A stretch of DNA of 64,000 nucleotides from Yuukianura sp. NJ FZ-2021 (lineage: Eukaryota), in assembly GCA_046563655.1 (NCBI GenBank), contig CM102286.1, forward strand, positions 2,604,001 to 2,668,000, in the 5' to 3' direction. The notes beneath the pieces are model-generated. The model did not search any database. It was not told the DNA's origin and saw nothing but the letters and a program-made list of their open reading frames with translations. Below are positions 22,101 through 35,370 of this stretch, one piece after another (the first letter of the stretch is position 1; each line of letters begins with the position of its first letter). Made by a program: the position numbers and the translations under genes.

Positions 22101-25100
22101 CATCCCAACATACTATTTCGTTTTCTGGACAAGTGGTAGCTATATTAACGTTAATTCGTTGCACGGCAAACGAAATCCTAATACCTTGTTTGGATTAGTT
22201 TTGGCTGGAATTAGAAGTCTTATCAAAGCGGAATTACAGAAAGTAAGGATTTAGCAATTTAATGTTGCCATTTGAACCTATCAGCTGTGGACTTAACGTT
22301 TTGAACACTTTTCCGTAATGCTAGCTAATGTTTTTGGACCTCGTGTGTCCAATATGACCTTTGACCAATCCACTTTCTAAAGTGGATCAATGAAAATGGA
22401 AACTGTTGTTCGATATGTTCTGCTAATCTGATCTGTTGACTTACTTTTGCTTACTTTATGTTGAAAGGGATTCATTGTTCTAAATCTAGTATCTAAATAA
22501 GCGTTTTTTAGTTTACACAAGAGGCTTTCCAGGTCGTGTCATCGGTTCCAATAGGATGATTTTTAGTGCCAAGTTTTTTGAGGTTGAGTAGGAGTTTGTT
22601 TTAAGAGGGCGGATTAGGGGCAGCAGTTGGTTTAGAAATGAAACAGCAGGGAGATAGGATAACAGCTTTTTCTAAACCTTCAGCGTCAGCGATGACTGCT
22701 GACGCTGCACGATGCATACTAAAACTAAAGCAGAAAGTTTCCTCCATGGGTTCTAAAAATAGTACATTTGAAATTGGTCTAAAAATAATTTTATACAAAG
22801 AGGAAACGAACCGAACCTTTTGCAGGATGATGACACAAACAAGTTCTCCCGGTTTCGGACTTATGTAAACTCCGAACTCAAGTAATCTCCATCTTCAGTG
22901 GATTTCGAACGGATACAATTTCACTTTCTATTGAACATTTCTCCAAGAACGTCCGCCTACAAAATCAAGCCCTTTTTGAAAATCAAAATTCTTCGAACCC
23001 AATCATCGACATTCAGCGATTTTGAAACTTGCAAGTAAGTTTTACTTTTTATGACGTATATATAATAACACAATTTCAACTTAAAATTAACCTTGTATTG
23101 TCTGTTGCTAGGCGAGGAACAAAATTACAAATACAAAGTAACCGGAAGTTCAGATTTGTTCAAAATGTCGTCAGCAAAAACGGATCCCGGTTTTGAGAAA
23201 TGCTTGGCAGCATTGAAAGGAGCTAAAAATGACACCGAGAAAATGGCTGCCCTGTTTCTCGTAACGAAGGTCGTGAAGGCTCCAAATTTGAATTCAGAGA
23301 ATCGACTGGCCTTGTTCAATGCAATTGGATTCAAGTTTCTGCTCCGTTTGCTCAATACGCCTTCAACTCCTGACTGTCCAAGTCTCCTATACAAGTCAGT
23401 CGCACTCAGCATCCTGTCAACTTTTGTTTCTGATTCAACGATCGCTGAGAGTCCAGAAATGCTTGAAGCCGTGCCGATGCTGGTCAAGTTAGTGGAAGAA
23501 GCTGCTGATGCTGGAGATGGAGATGAAGCCGACGAGCATTTGGTCGTGACAAATGAAACTTATCATTGCCTTACTGCGGTGGCCACAACCGCAAAGGGAG
23601 CAGAAGCTTTGGTAACGACGGGTGCCATTCCGCGGCTGATCAAACTTTATACGCAGCAAGACGTGGATGAAGTTTTGGGAATTTTGAAAAATGCTGCCCG
23701 GACTCTTGGATGTCGCCTATGGACGAAGTCACCGGAAGACTTTAATGTCCTTATGGACAGAATCTCTCTGCACTTTGAAGTGGAGCAGTCTGAACAGAAA
23801 TTTGAACTTTGCGAAACCATGGCCTGTCTTACTGCTTCGTACAATCTGACCAAAGATGCTGTCGAGAATGCTTTCTGGCCCTCAAGTGTCCTCAAGGGCC
23901 TCGTTGACATTTTGACCAGCAAGATAACCGAGAAACAACGAAATCCGGCTCTCAAATTGGCTTCTGTAATGCTCACGAGTCTTGGAATTGAATGGATGCT
24001 AAAAAGTTCGGAAGAAGGATCCAAACCTTACCAGTTTCTCGTCTTGCTCGTAAATTTGAGTTGCATTGAACTCCGAATGACCCTGGAAGATCGAGCTCTG
24101 GATAAGATTTTACCGAAAGAAGATTTGATTGGATCTTGCTACGGAATCATAGAAACAACCATAACGTTTATGGCTGGACATCACTTTGAATTTTTGGATG
24201 ACAAGCAAAAGGAACAACTCTACGCTTCACTAAAAGGCGGAGCTTCAGCGATTCTCTGTTTTCTCAATTTACTCCAAAAAGAATCAGCGAAGAACCAGAA
24301 ATTTTGGGACTCAAAGAAAAAAGTACTGGCAGTTGCTTCCGTGAGATGCTTGGGGGCGTGGCTAGCTGAAGAATCAGCGACTCTCAAAGAAGAAATGTAC
24401 AAGCTGCTTCCTTTTGTTCTAAGTTTGGCTTTTGAAGACTTTCAAGACGCTGAATTGAATCAGAGTGCTGAAAACTTAGCATTAGTTGAAATGGGCAAGT
24501 CAACGGATCCTCTTCTTCCGGATCTTCTTTGTCTTCTACTTCCAGCATTGTGTTGCTTGACTGCTGCTGAAGAAGGAGCTGCAATTCTATTGAAAGCCAA
24601 AGGAGATGAATTACTTTTTCGGTTTTTGTCACACAATTGGTCCGTGTATCATTGCATTTCAGAACTACTTGAAAAGAAATCACGCTTCAAAAAACCAAAA
24701 TCCAAAGCAAATGGAGTCCAAAAGGAAGTAAATTTTGACGAGCTGGAGTCTGCGCAAGTCAAACTTCGTGCTGCCCTAATTCACACTTGTAATTTATTCA
24801 TCAATGTGGCAGTTCATAATCCAAAAACTGTCAACGCCAGTCCTGTTTTTCAACAAGTCATGCGATGGGCGTTTGGAGCTTTGCCACTCCTAACGAATTT
24901 GGACACCGAATTGGTTTTGGTTTCAAACATTGCTGGACTTGGACTCTTACTGCTGTTTCACGTGACCAAAAAATCGGCCGAAGATAACCGAACGCTATCT
25001 CCGGAAGAGGAATTTCAAGCATCAATTTTGATTTCTGGAAAAGACAATGGAGCTTTCCGATTTGGTCAAGCCGTTGTCCGATTCGTTTGGGATGCACATC

Positions 25101-27390
25101 AAGTGGACGAATCTCAGAGTCCAGTTACGCTCATTTTAACTTCAAATTATCGCGCCGTTTGGACGGATGTCAAAGAAATGTGGTTTCTGAGTCTTCAGAC
25201 ACTTGGAAATCTAATGGCAGTTTTACCATGGCTGGGAGATTTTGCCGCTGAAAGTGGATTTCTGGAAGCGCTGATTAAGCACTTAAGCAAAGCTTACAAG
25301 AATTCAATTGATGCTACAACTTTGTCTGCATATGAACAGTTTTTTGCTGATGCACTCAAAGGAGGTGACAAGTCAGCGGCCATCATAAGGACAAAGGGAG
25401 CTGCTTTAGCTGCAAGTCATCATCTGCGCACACTCAAGAAAGCTCTTGAACAAAAATGAAGCGCAATATGATGACTCCGTATCTCTTAATACAGTAATTT
25501 AAGCTGTTTGGTCATTGTTACTTTGTTGTTTTTGTCATTTGTTCAGTTTATCTTTTCAAAATACTTCATGACGACTTATCGGTCGCTACTTGACCATTAG
25601 AAGTTGAAGTGTTCTGTTGTTGACACTGGAGGAACGAAACATCCTTCAGAATATACTTGCAACTTTTTGCTATCACATGTCACATTAACCAAAACAAAAA
25701 AAAAACTAAACAAAACTAGTACTAACTTTTCAAAATACGAACTTCCTAAAAACTGCTAAAGTATTTAAAAAGTTCTTGTTTACTTTTGTTTTCTGGAATT
25801 CAATCTTCAGGGTTTACAATTATGAAGGATATGGTCGGTATTTTAAACTTTTTCAAAGCTGTGCAAATATTTGCTGTTTTGTATTTGCGAAAACATGAAA
25901 AAATTGGATACTGGCAAAAATTGTTTCTTGTATTGTGCGGCAGAATAAAAAAGTCGGAAAAAGCTAAATTTGGTTTGTATTTGTTTACCTGTTGACATTG
26001 TTGAAAGACCTCATAAGGTTATTCATTGAATTTTTTTTTCGGGAGAACAAATTTTTGAAAATGTTGTTGGAATTTTTGGTTTTATGGGTATCTTTAGTTC
26101 TATTTTTTTCTGTTTTTGTTGGGATTTACGTTTGTAAATTCTTGCAGATGGAAAAGGTTGACACACGCTAATCGTGAAAAGCTGAAGTGTCATATGAGCC
26201 TTTCCGAAGGTAACCGACTAATGTTGTTGCCTGCCTGCCTTAGTTTTAATTAACTTTTTAATTAACATTTGTTTTGTTTTAAAAAGTTAAGTTAAAAAAA
26301 GTTGAAGAGGAAGCTATCTTTTTAGTGTTATAACTTCAACCGAGTAGGCTTCCGAAAAAGTTGGAATTTTTATATTTTTGAGGTTCCCACTACTTTAGTT
26401 ACCGATTAATGTAAAGTTCGATTAATTTAAAACTTCTATTATTTATGTTTACAGATCTCAGAGAAGATAAGCCGTGATTTTGGAATCCCATTGTCCGTGG
26501 CCCGTGAAGCTTCGGATACGTTTTTGAGACGATTTCGCCGAAATGTTGAGAATCCGCGCATGACTCTTGATGATTGGCGTCTCTTTCTCTGGGTCAACGC
26601 TTTGGGAGAAGAATATGAAGAATTTGCCGGTAAATTTCAAAACTTTTAAAACGTTTCGTAAAATATTCGTTGCTAATTCGTTTTCGTTTGACTCTGTAGA
26701 AGATATTTATGCCAAATGGAAACGCATGCGCTACCGTCACTTGGCTGTCACCGAGTCGACGCTGTCCCTGCTCCGAACACTTCGAAACGAATATCAACTT
26801 GCTTTGGTCACCAACGGTCCGTCACAGTCCCAATGGGAGAAGGTAACATTCATAAACTTTATTGCTGTTAATTTATTGAAACGTTAGCATAACGTTTTTA
26901 AACGTATTTTAAACGGTTTTCTCAGATACGAGAGCTGAAATTGGAAGAATACTTTGACTATGTCGTTGTCAGTGGAGACATTGGCTGTGAGAAACCGGAA
27001 ACCAAGTTCTTCCAAACTGTTTTCTCTTCCATGGGAATTGGAAGTTACGAGTGTCTTATGGTCGGAGATCGTTTAGACACGGACATTCTAGGTGGCCTGG
27101 GAGCAGGCATTGGGCATACCGTGTGGTTGCCAATGTCGGGTGACGATGCTTCCAAGATGGATCCCGAGGGACTGAGTCCTCAACCTGATTTCATTATTAG
27201 TGAAATCTCTGAGCTTCTTGGACTCCTTGGAAGGTCAAAGAGAAACGAGAGGTCAAAGACCTCCAAAAGTCCACCGAAGCAATTGAGCAGAGGGAAAGCA
27301 GGATCCAGTGGACAAAGTTCAAGTTCTTCGTCAACCTCATCGTCAAGGTTTAGTTCTAATTCAGTAGATGATGATGAAAATTCACTTTAA
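19200..27390 (+). CDS. NANP: HAD-superfamily phosphatase, N-acylneuraminate-9-phosphatase-like. Exons 19200-19346, 26455-26629, 26700-26842, 26926-27390
   Basis: HAD motifs ILFDLDNTLI, LVTNGPSQSQWEK, EKPE and MVGDRLDTDILGG; a 7.1-kb first intron and two short introns keep the frame. Confidence 0.82.
23165..25459 (+). CDS. NCDN: Neurochondrin (single coding exon), nested in NANP intron 1
   Basis: 764-aa Leu-rich helical protein with N-terminus CLAALKGAKNDTEKMAALFLVTK...FNAIGFKFLLRLL and ASVRCLGAWLAEE, recalled as neurochondrin features. Confidence 0.85.
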   Translation: MSSAKTDPGFEKCLAALKGAKNDTEKMAALFLVTKVVKAPNLNSENRLALFNAIGFKFLLRLLNTPSTPDCPSLLYKSVALSILSTFVSDSTIAESPEMLEAVPMLVKLVEEAADAGDGDEADEHLVVTNETYHCLTAVATTAKGAEALVTTGAIPRLIKLYTQQDVDEVLGILKNAARTLGCRLWTKSPEDFNVLMDRISLHFEVEQSEQKFELCETMACLTASYNLTKDAVENAFWPSSVLKGLVDILTSKITEKQRNPALKLASVMLTSLGIEWMLKSSEEGSKPYQFLVLLVNLSCIELRMTLEDRALDKILPKEDLIGSCYGIIETTITFMAGHHFEFLDDKQKEQLYASLKGGASAILCFLNLLQKESAKNQKFWDSKKKVLAVASVRCLGAWLAEESATLKEEMYKLLPFVLSLAFEDFQDAELNQSAENLALVEMGKSTDPLLPDLLCLLLPALCCLTAAEEGAAILLKAKGDELLFRFLSHNWSVYHCISELLEKKSRFKKPKSKANGVQKEVNFDELESAQVKLRAALIHTCNLFINVAVHNPKTVNASPVFQQVMRWAFGALPLLTNLDTELVLVSNIAGLGLLLLFHVTKKSAEDNRTLSPEEEFQASILISGKDNGAFRFGQAVVRFVWDAHQVDESQSPVTLILTSNYRAVWTDVKEMWFLSLQTLGNLMAVLPWLGDFAAESGFLEALIKHLSKAYKNSIDATTLSAYEQFFADALKGGDKSAAIIRTKGAALAASHHLRTLKKALEQK

Positions 27391-28149
27391 AGTACGCGTA
27401 GCTTTTGGATCAACTTTGGCAGCAAGGATTTCGTGTAGCAGTATTAATTAGCACACTTGTCTGTTTAAAAAATGTTTAGCACTTGTGTACTAAAGGCAGC
27501 GAAAAGGAGGCAGCAATTTTAGGTGGTTTAAACTCATGTAGAAATCGGAGTTAAGAAATCAAAGCAGTTTTTAGGATCTTCTAAACAGAAACGTCTGTGA
27601 TGTATCACTGATAATAGGATTAATTGGCCATACTAATTAATTAACTTGTTAAAATGTAATATCACAATAGTCGGAGTATATACTTTACATTAGTTTCCAA
27701 ATGAAACCTGTATGATCATATCCAATTGTACCACTTTGAGGACAAACCTATTTGGACTTTTGGTGGTAGTAATTAGAGTTAAATTTAATTAAAAGTGTTT
27801 TTAGGAAATTAAGAAGCTAATTTTGTACAACTATTGAGGATAGAGTTTCGGAAATGTGGACTTCATGATGAAACAAAATGCTCATTCCTTGTGTCTTACT
27901 ACTACTACTTTACAATATGAACTTGAAGGTTGTAAAACCTTATGCTAATTAGGTAAATTAAAGTAAATTAATTAACATTACTTAGAAGTCTAGTATTAGT
28001 GATAAATGTGTTTAGATTCGCGAATGACATTGCATTCAATTAAATCCTAGATTTTGATTAAAATTCTTCTAGTAGACTATTCCTACGTTCTGGGATTTAA
28101 GTTTAACAACCAAGTTAATTGAATTATATAAATTAATTATTTGGTTACG

Positions 28150-28270
28150 CGTCATTAGCGCGAGAACAGTAAGCGCGAATTCCACAAGTTGGCAACACTG
28201 AATCAACATTCCATTGAAACGTAAGCTGGCAACTTGCTGAAATCACGCTTATTGTTTTTGCACTAATGCC
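28150..28270. mobile_element. Small foldback/MITE-like element, same family as the DUF229 intron insertions
   Basis: Inverted arms gtcattagcgcgagaacagtaagcgcgaattccacaagttggcaac ... gcaacttgctgaaatcacgcttattgtttttgcactaatgcc, homologous to 42318-42489 and 48503-48722. Confidence 0.7.
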
Positions 28271-28867
28271 TGCTACGAATTATTTATATTAGTATAAATA
28301 TAATTTATATTAACATAACATAAATTATTATTTTTATTCATACTAATGCATTTTATTTTAAAGGAGAGGCAGAGCGTGAGCTTATTAATGCCCAGCTTTG
28401 GGTAGTGGTGAAACAGATGGGTGTGTGTGTGGTGGAAATTTTTTCCTGTTCGCTTTTTCGTCTGTATCGTTGTTTGTTTTCTTTTTTCTTGTTTGTACAT
28501 GCTTGGTGAAGAAACGAATTAAAAAAGTAGGATTTACGAACGAAAGTTTTGCTTTTGAACATTGGACAAGTAAGTTTTGCCTTATTCTTATGATTATGAT
28601 TAGATTAGAATCTAATTTGTAGTTAGTAGATTGTTGTCTTATGTTGTTTGTTCTGAATTTCAGCGTAGTCCATTCCATCTTGTCGTGGTGTCCAATCTAC
28701 TGTTACTGTTGGCATTGTACAATACTGTGTACAGTAAACGTGTCGATGACTTGCAAGGGTCCATGAATTACCATCTTTGTCGTCCGGTTCATCTTTTTAG
28801 TATTTGTCAAGTCGTGTCAAGTGCTGATTAGTATCCGAAACGATACATTGTATATAAAAAGTCAAAG

Positions 28868-31800
28868 ATGAATACAAAGCCTAGAGGAAATGGAGGACGT
28901 CCGAATGGTGAAGCTGTGTTCATGAATACTGAAGAGTCACACATGTTCGCGCGCCGGCGTGGAATGGTTACGATGCGGAATGGTGTTAGAACTGGTCCAG
29001 CCGTAATTGGTTAGTGAGTATAAATTGATTTTGGGTTGAACTACTTGACTAAAATATTTGTCTATTACTGTTTGAATGTATTCACCTGGATGAATCTTGT
29101 TCTGTTCCATTCCTGGATTCCAAGCGACTATGGTGAATTTATTTTGTTTTGGTTTGTTTTCAGGATCATCGGCTAGGCCAGCCAGCACTACTAGCTTGAG
29201 TGAGTCAAGATCCAGCGTCAAGAATCAACTTCCCGCTGTGCTTCGAAATCCAGAAACGGAAAGGAATGAACCTACCCTCTTCCGAGGAGGCGAAGCATAT
29301 ACGAAGATCTTCCTTAAAGATCAGCAACGTAGTACTGAAAGGTACGAACGTGGAGCGGGACGGACTGCACATAAAACAGATCTCAGAATTACTTGCCAAG
29401 ATGGCCACTTCTTCGTGCACAGAGCGGTCATCCCATCTCATTTCACTATATTTCGTTTACTTGAGGCACCGGAGGTGAGTTGTACCAATTTTACATTATT
29501 ATCCGCCGTTGATATTTCATGTCTTTATTATGGTAAACTTAAATTATATCCACAAACCAATACAGCTATCAAAGGAGGAGGTCACGGAGATAATCCTTTC
29601 CGAATTCAATGTGAACACGGCGAAAGCTGTTTTTAGTGCTTTCTATTCTGGGTGGATTCCACTTCTCCATGAAGATGAAGTTCCTATTATGAGAGAAATC
29701 AAGGAGCTGTGTGATTTACTAGGGATTAAAAACTTGGAGAGGAGCCAATTGAGTCAAAAAGAAATTAACTGCGGGCAGTTAACCTCATTTACTATTCGTG
29801 ACATCGATGCGTCAGACTTGATTGCAGACAGTGATTCCACGAACTCTACAGAACAAGCAGAAAACATTGGAATTACTTCTCCAGCTCGGAATGACACCCC
29901 GACGTCGTCTAGTAGCAGCGCCACGGCTAGACATACTTTTCGCCCGGGGAGCCGCTTGAGCCCGGGCGACGACGCAGCCAAGGATGATGAAGATTTTAGT
30001 CCATCCACTTCAAAGCGATCCAACCAGAGATCAGAACCTTCAAGATCCAATCCTTCTACCCTCCGCCAGAGTACTCCTCCAATTAATGCAATGCCAACAA
30101 TTGATGAAGTCTGTGACATGTTTGGCGTCCAGGACATCCATATTAACTTCACTGATTCGGATTATGCAAATCTCACGACATACGAACTTTATGCAAACCA
30201 AATCCGACCCATTCTACAGAAAAAATATCCTAAGGTTAGTGTTTGTTTTGTTTTTTTATATTTTCAAGAATCTGTGTAATTCTAAAAAGTATCCAACCTT
30301 TATTTTCATTTTCTCAATAATTCCTAGGCCCCGTACAATCTGCTGCCGATGCTCCTCGCTGCGAAATGGCGTAAATTTTGTTCCGAAAATCCAAACTTAC
30401 AGGATTCGGAAGATAAATCGAAACAAGCAGCGAAACCAACGACGCCAAGAGAAGATGCCGCAGAGGAGGATGAAGAGGATGAATATGACGAAGACAGCAT
30501 GTCGTCATCAAAACATCCAGGAAGTCGTACCAGTACTCGTAAAAATCATGGGAGTAAAAGTTCGGTAAATTCGAATTTCTATTTTCAAACTCTCAGTCAC
30601 CTTGTTTTCACAGTTTAACTCACAATGAATTGCAATTGATTTACTAATTGGGATTATTGGAGAATTTGATCTTTGATAGGCCGACCCACTGCCTGGCTCA
30701 TCGCTCGCGGCCTGGCAATCTGGCTCTCAACAAACTCCGAAAGTTCCTGGGAAAAAACGTCGAGATTTTAAAGGGCCGCGTTCCAAACGACCCCGACTCG
30801 AATCCTGTTCTTCTTCTCAAAGTCAACAGGACGAGCATGATGACTCAGATTCTTCTAGTGTTAATGACAATCCATCCACCACTCCTGTCGCTGCAAAGAA
30901 GAAACGGTGGACGTCCAAAGAATCATCCAAATCCAGCACACATGAATTCTGCCCTATGACGACAACTACTACTCAAACTGATGTTACTGTGGAGCATATG
31001 GAAAGTGATATTAACACACCAACTCCAACGACCAACGAGGTAAACCCAAACTCCAAACAAATCAACTTAGCATGAAATCATTCTACCTTACGATAAAAAT
31101 AAAGTTAACGGATTTAAATTGTTTGTTTCTGTTGATTTTTTATTGCTTATGTGGGATGTATGCTTCTTCGTTAGCCTATATGTGTACTTATACACTGGGA
31201 ACTGGTGAGTTTGGATGAGATGAATCTTTATGGGAATCTTTATGGCTGATGTATCAGCATTTCTATTATTCGGATATATTGCCTTAATGTTAGCTAATAC
31301 ATGTTTTTTTTTCTATTTGCAATCATACTCACTTTATATGTCTCTTACGATTCCAGCAAACCATCTCTGAGAATCGGACCGTGGCACCGCCGGAACCACA
31401 TCCTTCAACAAGTACTCTCGGTTCAACTACAAGAACTCCAACTTTAGATAAGGTTAGCTTAACAATTTTACGTTTTTCGATTTTGATTATTAATTGATCG
31501 TTGTTTTTAACTACAGAGGTTGGAAGTACCATCAGTGATCAAAGTTGTTAAGCAACAAAGACCTACTGCAGTAACCAGGAAATCAGTTCGCTCCCGTCCG
31601 TTACCATCATCTCAGATCCTTAGGAAACCGTCCACTTCTTTCGCAATTGGCAAATCAAACGCAAACCGGAACCAGAGTGTCACCAAAGAAACACAGCCTT
31701 CAAACAATTTGACCTCGAGGTCAACTGCAGTAACGTCAACAATCTCGTCAGCGCCGGAGACAGTCGGAACAAGTGTTGTTCCACCGAACAGTTCCAGGAT

Positions 31801-34800
31801 AGAGTCTCAAGCAGAGCCTCCGAGAGTAAAATCAAGAGCTGTCGTACCGGACAATTCCAGAACTGAGTCACCAGAGGACTGTCTACCAATAGATGTTAAC
31901 CGCCCTAAACAAACTGGGACTGCGACTGCAGGAATGCGGAGTCTCATGTCCGATCTCATTCAGAATCCGGAGGATACTAGCGGCAATGCTTGTCCTACTA
32001 CTGGCGATGAAAACGTATCTTCAGGAACGAGTAACGTCTTCAATCCGGACGACTTAACAGAAGCTGCACCTTCTGAGATGGAAGACGTGGAGATGGAAGA
32101 GGACTTGTCGCTTAGCAACCTATCAGATCCTGAAGCAATTACGGCAACTACCACTGTTCCAGAAGTAGTCACTGATCTCCCTGATACTAATGTGGACGAC
32201 AACGCTATTGAAGAGTCCACATTGAGAGGCACAGAAAGCAATGAGGGAGAGGCGCCAGTTTTTCCGCTACTGACTTCTGAATCTGTTTCTCCAAGCGTTC
32301 CGAACTCGGATTTGCAAGATACTGGCCCAGATGAAGGGGAAATTTCGGAGGATGAAGGAAATGGTTACGACGAAGTCAGCGCAATAGAAGGCTACATGAC
32401 GGAGTTAGTCAACGACATGAATCCTATTCCTTGTCCTACGGACGGCATTACTACTACTTCCAACGGTGGAGAACAAAATTTGATCAGTACTCCTGATGTT
32501 GAATCCACAACAGATGCCGGTTTAAATCTTGGTGCGGAAGTAGATGTGGGCAATTCAGTTCCCGAAGTCATGAACAACCCCGAAACATCCACAACAATCG
32601 CAATGGATACTGAAATTGCCGATGACTCAGAGAACACAAGCGTTCAAAATGGAACTACGAGGGATGATTCAAACATGAATACGAGAGAAGGTTCTTCCGG
32701 TGCTGCCAGTGACGTTGGAGAAGAAGAAATTGAGACTCTGAATCTGATGGACGATTTGGACATGACTAGTACGAGCGAACCTACTCCCAGTGCAGTCAAT
32801 GAAGTTGAAGAAGGAGAAATCGAGACTGGGGAAGGGGATGACGAAGGGGACGGGATTGCGGACGAGAAAAGTGACGATGAAGACCTGGAAATCATAGAAC
32901 ACGTTCCGTCCGAGGATGAAAGTGAAATAGAGTGTATTGATATTCCTTCGTCGGACGACGAAGGTGAACAGGAACAGGACCGTCCCGCCGTCCCTGCTGA
33001 ACAAAATGATTACACTAAAATCGATACTGCCAACGAGACTGAAGTTGGTGGGCATAGTTCAGTCTTGGACACTACCAACACCAGTACCCCTGCTACCATA
33101 GATGGATGTGACGACGACGAACGTGACGAAGAAGAGCAAACACCCGCAGGGTCACCTCGACCTCCGTCTCCAACTCCTTCTTCCACAGGAACGATCACTT
33201 TAAGCGATTCTGACAGTGAATCAGTCGCTTCAACAAGACTGGACGAAGATACAGAAGATGAAGCAGAAAACCCAGTACCAGCACCAGCACCGGTTTTAGC
33301 ACAGGTTGCACAGGAGCCAAACCAAGTTAGTAAATTAACTTTAAGATGTAACTAACTCAACATAATACTAATTTAAGCTTTTCACTTGGTAGGTTTCTGA
33401 CGTACCTGACGACCCAGTAGACTCTGTGCAGCAAGGAACCGCCAACCAAAACCACAATGAACAGAGCAATGAAGCCGAGTAAGTTTTTCTGAAATGTGTA
33501 AACTATGAAAACACCTATGATTTTCTAAAATTTTTGAAATTTTGACAGTTGATTGTACTATTTATTGGAAATAGTACACCCAGTTCCGAGATAATGGATA
33601 CTGAAGATTTCCAAAGTAGCGACTTTGCTACCTCCGTTCTCGGAGTGGGTGGGGCCTAGGGTCAAGCTCTCAACGTGAAAAGTCCTATTTCCAATAGTGC
33701 AATCAATTGTGAAAATTTCAAAATTTTGGAAAATGGTTGGGGCCATATTTTAATTACGATTTTACAAATTTCAGAAAAACTTACTCAGCCACGTCTCACA
33801 GTTCTTTGGAAGATGACTACGAGAGCATCTCAAGTGGTTCGGAGAACTTTAGCGATCTCGAAGAAGAGTTCAACAGACTAGAAGGGGACGGTGAACCGAA
33901 TGTGCAGCAGACTGAACCCGTCAACGTCAATGATGAAGCGGAAATTGATTCTAATGAAGGGCAAATGCCAGGAGACGCAGAACCGCTAGATACAAATGCC
34001 GTAGGTCATGGCAATGAAGCAGAAGCAGACGATCCAGCAGCACATCACGGTCAAGCAGTGGCAGATGAACGAGCAGCACATGATCAAGCAGTGGCAGACG
34101 ATCCAGCAGCACATCACGGTCAAGCAGTGGCAGATGAACGAGCAGCACATGATCAAGCAGTGGCAGATGAACCAGCAGCACATGACGATCGATACGATCC
34201 ATACGATCCATTCGAAGAAGAAGAAGAACTAGAAGAACAAGGAAGAGTTTATGTAAATGGCGACATCCACATGAATGGACATGATGAAATCCATGGCAAC
34301 GGTATGGCCTTTATGAATGGACACAATCATCTCAACGGAGACATGAATGACGAGGACGATCTGGAAGAAGGAAATCCCGAGGCAGCCGATGCAATTGAAG
34401 AAGCACTCGATTATGAAGAAGAGTCAGATAGTTACGAAAATGAAGTTTTTGAAGATGATGGAGGCGTCCATGCGGATGCCCAAATTGCAAATGGGCACGT
34501 CCATATGGACGAGCAACTTCCGATTCCGAATGGACACGTCTATGAGGACGAAGATGTCAACATGAATGAGGAAATGGAAATCGATGACGCGCATGCGCCA
34601 GTAGGTAATGGACCCTACATGAATGGAGTAGCACACGACGATGAAGACTTATCAGATCACGACGAAGACGCTGTAGGAGAAGCACAAGATGAAGAACGTG
34701 AAGCCCAATCAGCACAGGATTCCGAAAACGACGCTGGGAACGAACAAGTTCCCGGAAACCGAGAAGTTGACGCCGTAAACGTCGAGCGGGCCAATCAGAA

Positions 34801-34957
34801 CGGAGAATTCCTAGAAATTCCGCTTCCGATGGCTCAAATTGCAATTGGTGTGCATAACAACGGGAACAGGAACGTTGAAACTGAGGAGAAAACGTTCTGT
34901 GTCAATTGTTTGATGTTTTTTGGCCCTACGACGTACGCAAGACATCTCTGTTTTTAA
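28868..34957 (+). CDS. Large multi-exon protein: BTB/POZ, CHDNT-like domain, long acidic disordered region, C-terminal C2HC zinc-finger-like motif
   Basis: BTB-like TDLRITCQDGHFFVHRAVI...FSAFYSGWI...IKELCDLLGI; CHDNT-like FTDSDYANLTTYELYANQIRPILQKKYPK|APYNLLPMLLAAKWRKF; final CVNC...YARHLC. About 9 exons, with the internal boundaries partly approximate. Confidence 0.7.
34022..34185 (+). repeat. In-frame coding tandem repeat (69-nt unit, about 2.3 copies, built from related 33/36-nt subunits)
   Basis: Encodes DDPAAHHGQAVADERAAHDQAVA twice plus a partial copy, with near-identical DNA. Confidence 0.85.
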
Positions 34958-35370
34958 GACCCGTGATTAATTCTGTGAGTTAAAACATATAGTGTTATTG
35001 TAAATATGCATATGGATTTTTTTTTGTACAATGCCAATGTTAGGCTATTTAGAATAGAAAGTTAGAATTTCAAATGATATTTTTGAATGCTTTCTGCCAT
35101 TGTACTCTTGATATTGACCTTCAGCTGAGAGTATTAGCACTGCCATGTTATTGACACTAGCTCTATCCCACCAGAATTGATTCAAGTGCTAAGACTTTAG
35201 CTGCTTCCACAAACTAATTGTTAAGTTTTTCAATTTATTCATTAGATGTATCCATTAAAAGACTTATAAAAAATGCTCAAGTTGTTTAAGGTTGAGCAGA
35301 ATCCACAGCATTAAATTAAATGTGTCATTAAAAATGAACATAACAGTCAGTAGTGCTTTTCAGGTTTGAC

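Noticed and set aside
33951..34232. Repetitive antisense and alternate-frame ORFs (Cys/His-rich, Leu-rich)
   Set aside because: Shadows of the coding tandem repeat on the + strand.
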